DNA of 45,540 nt from a virus (taxonomy: Duplodnaviria; Caudoviricetes): the IMG/VR virus record IMGVR_UViG_3300046408_000007, positions 1-45,540 of that record. One strand, given 5' to 3'. Positions 16,974-27,644 of this stretch are shown one piece after another. A model generated the notes under the pieces. The model saw nothing but the letters and a program-made list of their open reading frames with translations, searched no databases and was not told the DNA's origin. Position numbers and translations under genes: made by a program. How positions within the stretch are numbered: the first letter of the stretch is position 1; each line of letters opens with the position of its first letter.

Positions 16974-17582
16974 GTGCCTGCGATCTACGTGCCCGGCAGC
17001 ACCCCGAACTCCTCACCTCCGGTGTCGCTGGCGGAGGTGAAGGCCGGGCTGACCATGAGTTCGTCGATCACGACGAACGACGTGGAGCTGCAGACGTTCA
17101 TCAACGCGGCGACGTCGGCGATCGAGAAGCTGATCGGCCCGATGTCGGTGCAGACGGTGACCGAGGAGATCGACGTCCACGGCCCGCAGATCGTGCTGAC
17201 GTACATGCCGGCGGTCGCTGTGACGTCGGTGAGCATCGAGCCATGGCTGGGGGCCACGCCGGTTGACGACACGGCAGCGTGGCGCCTGAACCCCATGACG
17301 GGGGTGCTGCGCCGCCGGGTGGTTGGCGGGTCGCTTCCGTGGTACGGCCCGGGGTCGATCTTCACGATCACGTACACGGTGGGCCGCGCGCAGGTGTCGG
17401 ACGACATCAAGCGGGCCGTCATCATGCAGGTCGCGGAGATGTGGAAGACGCAGCGCGGCGCGAGTCCGTTGCCGTCGGCGGGGGAGTCCCTGCCACCGGC
17501 GTACGCGGGTGATGCCGGGTTCCTGGGCTCGGACGTGATGGAGCTGCTGCTGCCGTACCTGCTGCCGCCGGGCATGGCGTGA
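16974..17582 (+). CDS. Head-tail adaptor (gp6-like)
   Basis: PVSLAEVK..L, D.EL..FINAA, ITYTVG, DIKRAV. Confidence 0.85.
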   Translation: MPAIYVPGSTPNSSPPVSLAEVKAGLTMSSSITTNDVELQTFINAATSAIEKLIGPMSVQTVTEEIDVHGPQIVLTYMPAVAVTSVSIEPWLGATPVDDTAAWRLNPMTGVLRRRVVGGSLPWYGPGSIFTITYTVGRAQVSDDIKRAVIMQVAEMWKTQRGASPLPSAGESLPPAYAGDAGFLGSDVMELLLPYLLPPGMA

Positions 17583-18055
17583 GCGTCCCCGGGGCGCAGT
17601 GGCCCAACGTGTTCGCCGGGCTACTGGCGGTCGCGAACAGCCTGCCGGCGTTCACGGCCGCGCAGGTGGCGGTCTACGACAGCCACCCGATCACTGGCGA
17701 CTCGCCGCTGAACTACTTCACGGTCGGGTTCGTCACCGACGACGGCGCCGGGCAGTACCAGCAGGCACCGGACCCGTCGGGGGTTGCGACGCAGGAAGCC
17801 GGCGAGATCCGCTGCCACCTGGCGTGCAACACCGGCGACACCGACCCGGTCATCACCCGGTCGCTGGCGTTCAGCCTTGTCGCCGCGCTGCAGGGGTCGC
17901 TCGAGGCCGACCCGACGCTCGGTGGCCATGTCACGGCGCAGAGCTCGGTGGTGAGCGTGGCGACGCAGGTGATGGCGATCCAGAACTCGCAGGGGTCGGC
18001 GTCGTCGCTGCTGGTGACCGTGCACTACCAGACCGTCACGTTCTTCAACCCGTAG
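17579..18055 (+). CDS. Tail terminator/completion protein
   Basis: Position in the gene order; VYD..P, DPTLGG. Confidence 0.7.
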   Translation: MSVPGAQWPNVFAGLLAVANSLPAFTAAQVAVYDSHPITGDSPLNYFTVGFVTDDGAGQYQQAPDPSGVATQEAGEIRCHLACNTGDTDPVITRSLAFSLVAALQGSLEADPTLGGHVTAQSSVVSVATQVMAIQNSQGSASSLLVTVHYQTVTFFNP

Positions 18056-18068
18056 ACCAGGAGCCCCC

Positions 18069-18392
18069 GTGTCGACTCTCACGCCTGTCAGCGCCAGCCA
18101 GACCGGCACGATCTCCTACGTCGCCGCGGGGGCCGGCGGGGACTCGATCTACGTGGGTTCCCGGTCGTCGGTGGCGCTGGTGGTCCGCAACGCCTCCGGC
18201 GGTTCGATCACGGCGACGCTCGCGGGTGTCGCGGCGTGCAGCCAGGGGACGGTGCACACCTTCCCGACGGTCTGCGCGGTGGGTGACACGGAGATCAACG
18301 TCCCGGCGTACTGCGTGAACCCGTCCACGGGTCTGGCGTCGGTGACGTACAGCGCGACGACGTCGGTGACGGTCGCCGCGGTCAGCAACTAG
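18069..18392 (+). CDS. Small structural protein
   Basis: AAGAGGDS, LVVRNASGGSITAT, VTYSATTSVTVA; RBS AGGAG. Confidence 0.7.
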   Translation: MSTLTPVSASQTGTISYVAAGAGGDSIYVGSRSSVALVVRNASGGSITATLAGVAACSQGTVHTFPTVCAVGDTEINVPAYCVNPSTGLASVTYSATTSVTVAAVSN

Positions 18393-18455
18393 CCCCACAA
18401 GCCCTCCCGGCACCAACCGGGATCCGCCCTGCCCGAAAACCGATGAGGGAGTCCC

Positions 18456-18713
18456 GTGTCCGAACAGCCTTTCGACGTCGCCGCCTACGCCGCAGCGCAA
18501 GCGAAGAACTACAGCGAGTACGTCGCGGCCAGCGACATCTACATCGGCGGGGCGTTCGCCTACGCCGCCAACTCGCCGGTGTCGTCCGCGTCCGTCGAGG
18601 ACGGAACGCTGCGCCCGGACCAGGTCGTCAAGGTCGGCTCGAAGGCCGCCGCTGACATCCCCGCCGCCGCGCCCGTCGCGCCGGTCGACCCCTCCACCAT
18701 CCCGACCGCCTGA
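18456..18713 (+). CDS. Hypothetical protein
   Basis: RBS GGGAG; YVAASDIYIGG..AY. Confidence 0.65.
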   Translation: MSEQPFDVAAYAAAQAKNYSEYVAASDIYIGGAFAYAANSPVSSASVEDGTLRPDQVVKVGSKAAADIPAAAPVAPVDPSTIPTA

Positions 18714-18728
18714 AAGGGCTGACACACC

Positions 18729-19301
18729 ATGGCGAACTCTGCCCTTCCCGCGACGAACCTGCTGTTCGAGACCGGCTTCCTCTACTGGGCGCCTCTGGGC
18801 AGCACCACGCCGACGAACACGGTGGCGTCCTCGGCGTACACCGACACGTGGCCGGTGGCGTGGGTGCCGATGGGTGCGACCGACTCCGGCACGGACTTCA
18901 CCTACACCTCGACGGTGCAGCCGGTGATGGTCGCCGAGCTGTACGACCCGGTGACCTACCGGACTACCGACCGTACGGGCAGCCTGGCGTTCGCGCTCGC
19001 GAACGTGACGGCCGCGAACCTCATCAAGGCGTTCAACGGCGCGGTGAATACCGTCACCGGCTCGGGCGCGACCCAGTCGACGCAGATCAACCCGGTGGCG
19101 GTCGGCAACGAGACCCGCTGCATGTTGGGTTGGGAGAGCAAGGACAGCACGATGCGGATCGTCGCGTACCAGGCGATGAACTCCGGCGCGCTCAAGATGA
19201 GCTTCAACAAGGCTCCGGCGCGGGCGACGATCCCCTGGGTCGCAAACCTCGAGATCCCGAGCGGCACTGGCCAGCCCTGGACCATGTGGACGACCCGATG
19301 A
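18729..19301 (+). CDS. Major tail protein
   Basis: LYWAPLGST.P, W.PMGATDSG, VAELYDPV; position in the gene order. Confidence 0.85.
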   Translation: MANSALPATNLLFETGFLYWAPLGSTTPTNTVASSAYTDTWPVAWVPMGATDSGTDFTYTSTVQPVMVAELYDPVTYRTTDRTGSLAFALANVTAANLIKAFNGAVNTVTGSGATQSTQINPVAVGNETRCMLGWESKDSTMRIVAYQAMNSGALKMSFNKAPARATIPWVANLEIPSGTGQPWTMWTTR

Positions 19302-19702
19302 GCGCGGTGGAGTTCCTGGGGGAGTCATTCGAGATCTCCGAGCGGGTCAACGAGCGCCGGATGCTGCGGCTCATGCGCCTCGCGCGCTCTGGCGCGGACA
19401 GCGACAACGCCGACGCGATGGGCGAGTTCGACGAGATGCTGTCGCTGTGCTTCGCGTCGAAGGACGAGGAGAAGCGGTTCGACGCTGCCTGCGACCGTGA
19501 CGGTGTCACGACGGAGCAGCTGTTCGAGTTCGTCGGGAAGGTCATCGCGGCCCGCGCGGAGCGCCCTACCGCACGGCCCAGCGACTCATCGACTGGGCCT
19601 TCCAGCACCCCGAAGACGTCCGAGTCGCGGGCCGTGCAGCTGGCTTCGGAGCTCTACCCTGGCCGCCCCGATCTGCAGCTTCTGGCGAGTCGGTCGGCCT
19701 GA
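19298..19702 (+). CDS. Tail assembly chaperone
   Basis: Follows the tail tube gene; ERPT followed by a Ser-rich tail. Confidence 0.75.
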   Translation: MSAVEFLGESFEISERVNERRMLRLMRLARSGADSDNADAMGEFDEMLSLCFASKDEEKRFDAACDRDGVTTEQLFEFVGKVIAARAERPTARPSDSSTGPSSTPKTSESRAVQLASELYPGRPDLQLLASRSA

Positions 19703-19944
19703 TCCGGGACGTCTGCGACGTCGTGTACGCGCTGCTGCTCGACAAGAACGAGCGGCAGACGTTGGCACTGCAGCAGCAGCACACGACGTTGCTGGCGGCC
19801 GGGCACCAGGTGGAGGACGAGTGGCCGTCTCTGGACGCGGCGAGGGAGAACCTCGACGCGCTACTGGAGGCGGAGCCGGAGTTGTCGGCGTACTCGCCGA
19901 AGGAGCGGGAGCTTCTCGAGCTGCTGGGGGTGGGCCGTGGTTGA
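19561..19944 (+). CDS. Tail assembly chaperone, probable -1 frameshift extension
   Basis: The -1 frame is open from CGCCCTAC near 19562 (PYRTAQRLIDWAFQHP...) through the tracked ORF 19723-19944; the slippery site is inferred. Confidence 0.5.
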   Translation, partial: APYRTAQRLIDWAFQHPEDVRVAGRAAGFGALPWPPRSAASGESVGLIRDVCDVVYALLLDKNERQTLALQQQHTTLLAAGHQVEDEWPSLDAARENLDALLEAEPELSAYSPKERELLELLGVGRG

Positions 19945-20443
19945 GGCGACGGGGCCCGCTGACCTGAAGTACTTGGGGATGCGACTGAAGGCGCTGGGCG
20001 CTGCCGGGTTCGGGGCGCCGTCCGCAGACCTGGGCGCGGGCACGTCGCTGCGGGCGCAGCTGCTGGGCGCGATCCGGGTGGCGTCGAAGCCTGCCGTGGC
20101 GGCCGTGAAGGACGCCGCGCGGGACCAGCTTCCCAAGAGCGGCGGGCTGAACGAGTACGTCGCGAAGGAGCGGATCAGCTCTTCCACTCGACTGTCGGGC
20201 AGGCAGGCGGGTGTGCGGATCCGCGCGCAGAGCTCGACGTCGAACTGGGGTGACGGGCAGACGCAGGTCCGGCACCCGGTGTTCGGCCACAGGAACCGCA
20301 AGTGGGCCGAGACGAAGTTGCCCAACCCTGGCTGGTTCACCGAGACGCTGCAGCGTCAGCAGCCGCTGGTAGCCGCCCAGGTCTTGGTGGCGATGAAGGC
20401 CGTTCAGGCAGAGGTCACAACGCGCAGGATGGGGAGGCTCTAG
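19937..20443 (+). CDS. HK97 gp10-like tail component
   Basis: LPKSGGL, VRHPVFG.R.KW, PGWF. Confidence 0.65.
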   Translation: MVEATGPADLKYLGMRLKALGAAGFGAPSADLGAGTSLRAQLLGAIRVASKPAVAAVKDAARDQLPKSGGLNEYVAKERISSSTRLSGRQAGVRIRAQSSTSNWGDGQTQVRHPVFGHRNRKWAETKLPNPGWFTETLQRQQPLVAAQVLVAMKAVQAEVTTRRMGRL

Positions 20444-23400
20444 GTGGCTACCCCCCTCAGCCTGATCTTCGACATCCTCGCGGTGGACCGCGCGTCGGAG
20501 GTCTTCAACCGGGTCGGTGACGCGGCTGAGGGCGCCGGTGCGAAGACCGAGTCGGGTATGGCGAGGGTTGGCGCGGCGGCGGACAAGGTCGGTAAGGGCC
20601 TTGCGGTGGCCGGCGCGGCGGCGGCGGTCTACAGCGTGAAGATCGCCGCGGATTTCCAGCAGGCCACGAACATCCTGGTGACGTCGGCGGGGGAGTCCCA
20701 GGGCGCGCTGGAGGGAGTCCGCAAGGGCATCCTGAACATCGCGCAGAGTACGGGCACGAAGTGGCAAGACCTCACCGACGGCATGTACCAGATCGAGAAG
20801 GCCGGTATCCGCGGCGCGGATGGCCTGACGGTGCTGAAGGCTGCGGCGCAGGCGGCCCGTGAGGAGGGCGCGTCGCTGGCGACGGTCACGAACGCGACCA
20901 CCAGCGTGATGGCGTCGTACCACCTCGGTGCGGGCGACGCCGTGTCGGTGACGAACCAATTGAAGGCCGCTGCCGGTGAGGCGAAGACGACGATGGAGCT
21001 GTTCTCGGGCTCCCTGTCGACGGTCCTGCCGCTGGCGTCAGCAAACGGCATCAGCTTCGCGGACGTGGCCGGCTCCCTGGCGAGCCTCACACAGCACGGC
21101 ACCACCGCGGACGAGGCGGCGCAGGAGCTCGCGTTCACGATGCGGAACCTGGCAGCGCCGAACAACGTCGCCGTGCAGATGATGAACCAGCTCGGTATCA
21201 GCTCGGTGGACGTCGCCACGAAGCTCGGTGACGGCCCCGGCGGGCGCGGCCTGGCGGGGACGCTGAACTACCTGTCCGAGACGGTCCTGTCGAAGATGGG
21301 GCCGTCCGGTCTGGTGCTGCTGGGCACGATGCGGCAGTCGACGCAGGCCGCCAGCGACATGCAGGCGATGCTCGCGAAGATGCCCCCTGCGGTGAAGGAC
21401 CTCGCGGAGAAGTTCTCCTCCGGCGCGCTCAACTTGAGCCAGTACCGGACGCAGCTGAAGTTCCTTCCCGCAGACCAGGCGATGCTTGCCCAGCAGTACG
21501 TCGTGCTGGCGAACAACGCCGACGGCTTCAGTCAGGCGATCCGGCGGGGCGGCCCGGCGGCGGACACCTACTCGGCCGACATGAAGGCCATCATGGGCGG
21601 CGCCAACGGCCTCAACACGGTGCTGCAGCTGACCGGCGAGAGCATGGCCGGCACCACCGCGCGGATCAACACCATCGCCGAGGCGGGTAAGAACGCCGGC
21701 AAGGATGTCTCCGGCTGGGAGTCCACACAGAAGCTGTTCAACGTCCAGCTGGACCGGTTCAAGCAGACCGTGCAGGCGTCGGCGATCACCCTCGGCACGC
21801 AGCTGCTACCCGCCGTCACCGCCACGTTCGGGTTCCTGTCGTCCCACAAGGCCGTAGTCGAAGGCGTCGCCATCGCGGCCGGCGCGTTCGCCCTCGCGTG
21901 GGCCGCCGTGAAGGTGACCATGGGGACGGTCACGGCGATCACCACCACCATCGGCGCGATCAAGACCCTCGGCACCGAGCTGATGCTGCTTCCCACCCGG
22001 GCGGCACTCGCTGCGCTGTCGATGGGGGAGTTCGCGACGAGCGCGTGGGCCGCTGTTGCCCCCATCGTGGCGATCGCGCTGCCGATCGCCGCTGCCGTCG
22101 CCGCGATCGGCGGGATCGCGTTCATCGTCAAGAAGGTCATCGACCAGCAGGCGGCCGCCAGGAAGGCCGCGCAGGACTGGTCGGACGGCCAGATCCTCGC
22201 CGCGAAGAACGCCTCCGGCAGCTACGACCTGTTCAGCGCCCGCATGGTCACCGCGCTGTCCGACGTGCAGCAGCAGATGCGGGAGGCGCTGAAGGCGTCC
22301 TCCGGTCTGGCCGCGCTGTCGATGGACGGCGTGCGGGCCGCCGGCGCCTACAAGCAGCTCAGTGCCGAGTCGAAGGTGCTGACCGCGGAGATGACCCGCG
22401 TCAACGGCGCGTTCGAGGACGCCGCGCGTCTCACCGGGCTCACCAAGGACCAGCTGCTCGGGTTGAACCTGACCAGCGCCGACCTGAAGCTCAGCCAGAA
22501 GGAACTGGCGGCGAAGCTCGTCGACATGGGCTCGTCGGCGGCTCGGGCGGCAGACCCCAGCTTCAACCTCAGTGAGGCCCTGCAGCAGCTGGGGTCGAAC
22601 ACGAAGACGGCGGCGTCGCAGGCGGATGACCTGCAGAACGCGCTGATGGCGTTCGGTAACCCGGCGGCCGAAGCGACGCGTAGCGCGCTGAAGTTCCGCC
22701 AGGACATCGAGGGCATGGGCGCGGCGATCAAGGACTCCGGCACGAGCCTGGACCTGAACACCACCGCCGGGCTGTCGAACATCGCGATGCTGCAGTCTGC
22801 GGCGCAGGACGCCCTGAAGATGGCGAGCGCTCAGGCGTCGGTGGAGGGCGCTTCCTTCGACATGAAGGGCGCGCTCGAGGCGTCACGGGTTGCTCTTGAG
22901 GGTCAGGCGCTCTCGCTGGGGTTCAACAAGGACCAGGCCGACCGGATGATCGGCTCGATCCTGGACATCCCGCCGGAGGCCATCACCAAGTACAGCACCC
23001 CCGGATCGGATGGGGCGCTGTCCACGGCGCAGCAGATCAAGGCCGCGGTGGAGGCGATCCCGAACATTCAGATCACGGCGACCCTCGACGACAAGGCCAC
23101 CGCCGGGCTGATGAGCCTCAAGAAGTTCGCGGACAACGCGGCGGGCACCGACTACCTGCAGAACCTGGCGAACATGCCTGGCTTCGCGGCCCTCACCAAG
23201 GCCGATGGCGGGCTCATCACCGGGCCGGGGACGGGGACGTCGGACAGCATCCCGGCGCTGCTGTCCAACCGCGAGTTCGTCGTGAAGGCGTCGTCGGTCG
23301 CCTCGGTCGGCCCGCATGTGCTGAACCACATCAACGACACCGGGCAGCTCCCCAGGTTCGCCGCTGGCGGGCAGGTGCTGTTCAACGACATCGCGCCGAA

Positions 23401-24019
23401 GACCAGCCTCGACGTCCGGAACATCATCGCGGCGATGGTCGCGGCTGGGTCGTCGACGCCGGGCCCTGGTGGCGACGTGGAGCGGTGGCGCCGTGTCGTC
23501 GACATCGCGCTGCGGATGCTGGGTCAGCCGCTGTCCCTGGACAGCGGGGTGCTGGCACTGATCGGGGCGGAGTCCGGCGGGAACCCGCGGGCGATCAACC
23601 TGACGGACTCGAACGCCGCGGCCGGGCACCCGTCGCAGGGTCTGATGCAGACGATCCCGAGCACGTTCGAGGCGTACCGCAGCCGGGCGCTGGTCGACAA
23701 CATCCTCGACCCGCTGGCGAACATCTACGCCGGGATCAACTTCGCGCTGGCGAACTACGGCGCCGGGATGCTCGCCGCTGGCGGCCGGCACGGCGCGGGT
23801 GGCGCGTACGTCGGCTACGAGTCCGGGACCAGCTACGTGCCGCGTACCGGGCCGGCGCTTCTCCATGAGGGGGAGGCCGTGCTCACCAGGCAGCAGAACG
23901 CCAACCGGCGCAGCGCCCCACTGATCCACGTCGAGCACCAGCACATCGAGGACGCCGTCGGGCTGGACCTGGTGCTGCGGCAGGCGGAGTTCCGGGAGCG
24001 CCAAGGTCACTTCGGGTGA
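20444..24019 (+). CDS. Tape measure protein with C-terminal lytic transglycosylase domain
   Basis: 1191 aa, Ala-rich; GPGTGTSDSIPALLSN; AESGGNPRAIN...GLMQ. Confidence 0.95.
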   Translation: MATPLSLIFDILAVDRASEVFNRVGDAAEGAGAKTESGMARVGAAADKVGKGLAVAGAAAAVYSVKIAADFQQATNILVTSAGESQGALEGVRKGILNIAQSTGTKWQDLTDGMYQIEKAGIRGADGLTVLKAAAQAAREEGASLATVTNATTSVMASYHLGAGDAVSVTNQLKAAAGEAKTTMELFSGSLSTVLPLASANGISFADVAGSLASLTQHGTTADEAAQELAFTMRNLAAPNNVAVQMMNQLGISSVDVATKLGDGPGGRGLAGTLNYLSETVLSKMGPSGLVLLGTMRQSTQAASDMQAMLAKMPPAVKDLAEKFSSGALNLSQYRTQLKFLPADQAMLAQQYVVLANNADGFSQAIRRGGPAADTYSADMKAIMGGANGLNTVLQLTGESMAGTTARINTIAEAGKNAGKDVSGWESTQKLFNVQLDRFKQTVQASAITLGTQLLPAVTATFGFLSSHKAVVEGVAIAAGAFALAWAAVKVTMGTVTAITTTIGAIKTLGTELMLLPTRAALAALSMGEFATSAWAAVAPIVAIALPIAAAVAAIGGIAFIVKKVIDQQAAARKAAQDWSDGQILAAKNASGSYDLFSARMVTALSDVQQQMREALKASSGLAALSMDGVRAAGAYKQLSAESKVLTAEMTRVNGAFEDAARLTGLTKDQLLGLNLTSADLKLSQKELAAKLVDMGSSAARAADPSFNLSEALQQLGSNTKTAASQADDLQNALMAFGNPAAEATRSALKFRQDIEGMGAAIKDSGTSLDLNTTAGLSNIAMLQSAAQDALKMASAQASVEGASFDMKGALEASRVALEGQALSLGFNKDQADRMIGSILDIPPEAITKYSTPGSDGALSTAQQIKAAVEAIPNIQITATLDDKATAGLMSLKKFADNAAGTDYLQNLANMPGFAALTKADGGLITGPGTGTSDSIPALLSNREFVVKASSVASVGPHVLNHINDTGQLPRFAAGGQVLFNDIAPKTSLDVRNIIAAMVAAGSSTPGPGGDVERWRRVVDIALRMLGQPLSLDSGVLALIGAESGGNPRAINLTDSNAAAGHPSQGLMQTIPSTFEAYRSRALVDNILDPLANIYAGINFALANYGAGMLAAGGRHGAGGAYVGYESGTSYVPRTGPALLHEGEAVLTRQQNANRRSAPLIHVEHQHIEDAVGLDLVLRQAEFRERQGHFG

Positions 24020-24029
24020 GGGGTGAACG

Positions 24030-24893
24030 GTGGTACTGCTAACCCCGAACACGCTGCGGATCGTCACCCCTGCCGGGGTGCAGCTGCTGTCGCTCGGCAT
24101 CAGCGCGTCGACGTTCATCCTCACGAAGCTGGACCTGGGGGTGCCCGCCGACCGGGGGGTGTCGCAGCCGCTGCCCGGGATGGACGGCGAGGTCGACACC
24201 TCAGCGTTCGTGGGGGCCCGGAACATCGTCGCTGAGGTGACGATCTCCGGGGTGAACACGGGGCTGCTGATCGACCAGCTGGCGGCGGTGACGCACCCGG
24301 GGGCGCGGAACTACGCGTACGTGGGCCGGTCGGACTGGCCGGGTGGGGAGCGCCGGACGCTGGTGCGTGGGGTGCCGTCGCCGTTCCCGCCGGGGACGGT
24401 CCGGGCGGCGCAGCTGACGTTCCGGGCCCCGAGCGGGCTGTTCGAGGACGCGACGGCGACGACGTACCGGCTGACCCCTTCGGGGTCGGCTACGGGCGGC
24501 ATGAGTTTCCCGGTGTCGTTCCCGATGACGTTCGGGTCGGGGCAGGTCGCCGGGGCGTCGTCGGTGACGACGTCGGGAACCGCTGCGACGCCGGTGCAGT
24601 GGCGGCTGTACGGGCCGTTCCAGAACCCGGTGGTGTCGCGGCGGGACACGGGGGAGCAGCTGAGTTTCCCGGGGCTGACGGTGGCGGCGGGTGACTACCT
24701 GAGCATCGACACGGATGCCCGGACGGTGCTGCTGAACGACAACCCGGCGAACTCGCTGTACGGGTCGCTGGATTTCTCGACGGCGACGTGGTGGCGGCTT
24801 CCGGCGTCGGGGACGACGCCGGTCCTGTTCACCGCCGACGCCTCGAGCGCTGCCACCAACGGCGTGCTGACCGTTCGTAACCGCTACCTGTAG
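24030..24893 (+). CDS. Distal tail protein
   Basis: Directly after the tape measure; GPFQNP, IDTDARTV. Confidence 0.8.
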   Translation: MVLLTPNTLRIVTPAGVQLLSLGISASTFILTKLDLGVPADRGVSQPLPGMDGEVDTSAFVGARNIVAEVTISGVNTGLLIDQLAAVTHPGARNYAYVGRSDWPGGERRTLVRGVPSPFPPGTVRAAQLTFRAPSGLFEDATATTYRLTPSGSATGGMSFPVSFPMTFGSGQVAGASSVTTSGTAATPVQWRLYGPFQNPVVSRRDTGEQLSFPGLTVAAGDYLSIDTDARTVLLNDNPANSLYGSLDFSTATWWRLPASGTTPVLFTADASSAATNGVLTVRNRYL

Positions 24894-24904
24894 AGGGCGC
24901 CCCG

Positions 24905-25834
24905 ATGACGTTGCTTCAGCCATTGTTCATGCAGGCGGCCACCGGCGACGCCACGATCAGCTACACGGGGCAGCAGTTCCGGGACATGCTGTCCACGCTT
25001 GTCACCGCTGACGGCGTGTCGCTGCCAGGCGACCTCGCGATCACGCAGCGTGGCGCCGGGGCGAACATGAGCGTGGACATCGCGGCGGGCTCCTTCGCGG
25101 TCACGGGTGACACGATCGCGAACCAGGGCGTGTACATCGCGCAGTCCACGGCGACGTTCAACCTGCCGATCACGGCGGCGAACGCGACGAACCCGCGGAT
25201 CGACCTGATCGTCGCGCAGATCTACGACAAGCAGGCCGGTGGTGGCGCAACGACCTACTCGTGGTCGCCGGTTGCGGTGGCTGGGACGCCCGGTAGCGGC
25301 GTGGCTCCGGCGCTGCCGAACTCGGCGCTGTTGCTGGGGCAGGTGGCGGTCGCCGCGAACGCCACGGCTATCACCTCTGCGAACATCACCGACCAGCGGG
25401 TGTTGCTGAACACCCCGTCAACGCCACAGGACCACATGGGGTCGGTCGCAACCCGGGCGGGTTCTGGCATCGGCGCCGCGTTCGGCCTCACCAGCACAGG
25501 CAGCCCCATCAGCCAGGGCGTGCTGTTCGCGACCCGGCCGTGCACCGTCAGCACGCAGTTCGCCATCGACTTCACCGGCGCGGCGGGCGCGTCCTGCACC
25601 GTGAACGTGCAGTACTCCCTCAACGGAGGGGCGCTGGTCACCCCCACAGGTGGCTCGCAGCCCACGGGGGCGCTCGCAAACAGCGACAACCCGCGGGTGA
25701 TCCAGCCCGCTGATATCCAGCTCGCCGCCGGTGACAGCCTGTCGCTCAATGCGTCGATCTCCGCGGTCGTCGGCTCACTGACCTGGTACGCGCCCACCTT
25801 CACCTACACGGCCCGCGCCGCCGTCCACGTCTAG
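24905..25834 (+). CDS. Minor tail protein
   Basis: NMSVDIAAG, NPRIDLIVAQ, ITDQR. Confidence 0.8.
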   Translation: MTLLQPLFMQAATGDATISYTGQQFRDMLSTLVTADGVSLPGDLAITQRGAGANMSVDIAAGSFAVTGDTIANQGVYIAQSTATFNLPITAANATNPRIDLIVAQIYDKQAGGGATTYSWSPVAVAGTPGSGVAPALPNSALLLGQVAVAANATAITSANITDQRVLLNTPSTPQDHMGSVATRAGSGIGAAFGLTSTGSPISQGVLFATRPCTVSTQFAIDFTGAAGASCTVNVQYSLNGGALVTPTGGSQPTGALANSDNPRVIQPADIQLAAGDSLSLNASISAVVGSLTWYAPTFTYTARAAVHV

Positions 25835-26928
25835 TGGCCGACCTGTGGTCGTTCGCGGTCGGCCCGTGGCGGAACATGCCGAACTGGCAGCTCACGCAGG
25901 CGACGAGCCGTAAGGCGACGTTCCGGCTGACCGCCAACACCGAGTTCACATTCACCCTCGACGGCACCAGCCGCGACGCCGCGCAGATCACCGAGCTCAT
26001 CACCGACGCGTGGATCTACCACAACGGCTCCCCGCTGTACCGCGGCCGCGTCGGCGCCACCACCGACCGGCACGACGGCAACCAGCACACCGTCACCGTC
26101 TCCACCGCCGACTACAAGACCCTGCTGGGCCGCAGGCTGCTGTTCGACGGCGACACGCTGTCCTACTCCTCCCAGGACCAGGGCGCCGTCGCGTGGGGGC
26201 TCATCTCCACCACGCAGGGCCACTCGGGGGGGAACCTCGGGATCGTCCGCGGTGTCGGTCAGACCACTGGCGTCACCGTCACCCGCACCTACCAGGCCGG
26301 CAACCCGATCCTGACGTACCTCGACCAGCTCGGGACGCTCGGCGGCGGGTTCGACTACGCCATCAACCCCACGTCCACGCCCACGCTGACGTTCGACATC
26401 TACTACCCGGAGCGCGGCACCGACCGGGGTCTGGCCCTCGGGTTCCCTGGCGCGATCCGCACGTTCAGCCGGTCGGTCGACCCGGGGATCTACGCCAACG
26501 CGGTCCGGATGTCAGGGGACTCGTCGCTGACCGCTGTGCGGGTCGAAGCGTCGGACATCGCGACCCGCGTGGAGGGCCGGTGGGACGCGCAGGTCGGTGA
26601 CACCACGATCCTCGAAGCGGCGACGCTGACGTCCCGCGCGAACGACGAACTGTCCAACGACCAGGCGATCATGCCCGCGTGGCAGGTGGTGCTGCAGCCG
26701 AACGCGTGGACCGGCACCGACATGGTGTGGCTCGGGGACCTCGTGACGCTCGTCATCCAGTCGGGGCGGCTGAACGTGAACGCCACCTACCGGGTGCAGG
26801 AGATGACGTTCGACTGGGACGACAACGGCACCGCGACGACCACGATCACGCTGGGCGCGCTGCCCCCTGACCGCCGGTACCTGCTGCGGACCATCAACCG
26901 CCGGCTGACGGCTATCGAGAGGCGGTAG
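25834..26928 (+). CDS. Minor tail/baseplate hub protein
   Basis: Position; LYRGRV, GDLVTL...RVQE. Confidence 0.75.
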   Translation: MADLWSFAVGPWRNMPNWQLTQATSRKATFRLTANTEFTFTLDGTSRDAAQITELITDAWIYHNGSPLYRGRVGATTDRHDGNQHTVTVSTADYKTLLGRRLLFDGDTLSYSSQDQGAVAWGLISTTQGHSGGNLGIVRGVGQTTGVTVTRTYQAGNPILTYLDQLGTLGGGFDYAINPTSTPTLTFDIYYPERGTDRGLALGFPGAIRTFSRSVDPGIYANAVRMSGDSSLTAVRVEASDIATRVEGRWDAQVGDTTILEAATLTSRANDELSNDQAIMPAWQVVLQPNAWTGTDMVWLGDLVTLVIQSGRLNVNATYRVQEMTFDWDDNGTATTTITLGALPPDRRYLLRTINRRLTAIERR

Positions 26929-26931
26929 CAG

Positions 26932-27306
26932 ATGACGGTCGACGTGACAGTGCTCGACGACGGCAGCATGGAGCTCACCGTCGACTCCCAGACGTGGTCG
27001 CCGATCCCGCTGGCCGCGGTGGAGGCGATGGTGGCGCTGGTCCCGGCGGCGCAGGCCGCCGCGCAGCGGCAGGGGCTGACGGCGAGCATCCGCGTCCTGA
27101 CGGATGTGCTGGTGTCGTCGGGGCCCGACATGACCGCTGACGTTCAGGTCACTGGCACGTCGGTGGCGGCGACAGTGGACCAGGCGTCGTTCGAGCGGGC
27201 CCAGCAGGTCACCGGGGTGAGCCCGGATGCGAACGGGCAGCTGAAGGTCGGCCCGGTCACCATCACAGCTGCGTCCCCGGCCCCTGCGACCCCGCCTGCC
27301 GCGTGA
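26932..27306 (+). CDS. Hypothetical protein
   Basis: In the operon with coupled overlaps. Confidence 0.6.
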   Translation: MTVDVTVLDDGSMELTVDSQTWSPIPLAAVEAMVALVPAAQAAAQRQGLTASIRVLTDVLVSSGPDMTADVQVTGTSVAATVDQASFERAQQVTGVSPDANGQLKVGPVTITAASPAPATPPAA

Positions 27307-27644
27307 GCACCGTCGTCGGCGCGCTGGTCGGCGCGCTCGTCGCCGGTATCGCCGCGATCCTCGTCGGGATGTTCACGACCCGGAGTACCGCCGCGAGCGC
27401 CTACCACTCGGAGCTCCGCGCGGACAACGAGGGCTACCGCCGCCGCATGGATGCCCAGGACCGCGAGCTGACGTCCCTGCGGGCAAGGTTCGAGAGGGTC
27501 TCTGCGGAACTCGCTCAGGTCGGCTCGGAGCTCGCGCGGATCACCGACATCCTGCACGAGGTGCAGCTCTATGCCCGCTCCCTGGAGGACCGGATGAAGA
27601 TCCCGCACCGCCGCTGGAACGACGCCCACCGGGACGCCCCGTGA
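27303..27644 (+). CDS. Membrane protein with coiled coil (lysis block)
   Basis: N-terminal TM helix followed by heptad repeats. Confidence 0.7.
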   Translation: MSTVVGALVGALVAGIAAILVGMFTTRSTAASAYHSELRADNEGYRRRMDAQDRELTSLRARFERVSAELAQVGSELARITDILHEVQLYARSLEDRMKIPHRRWNDAHRDAP

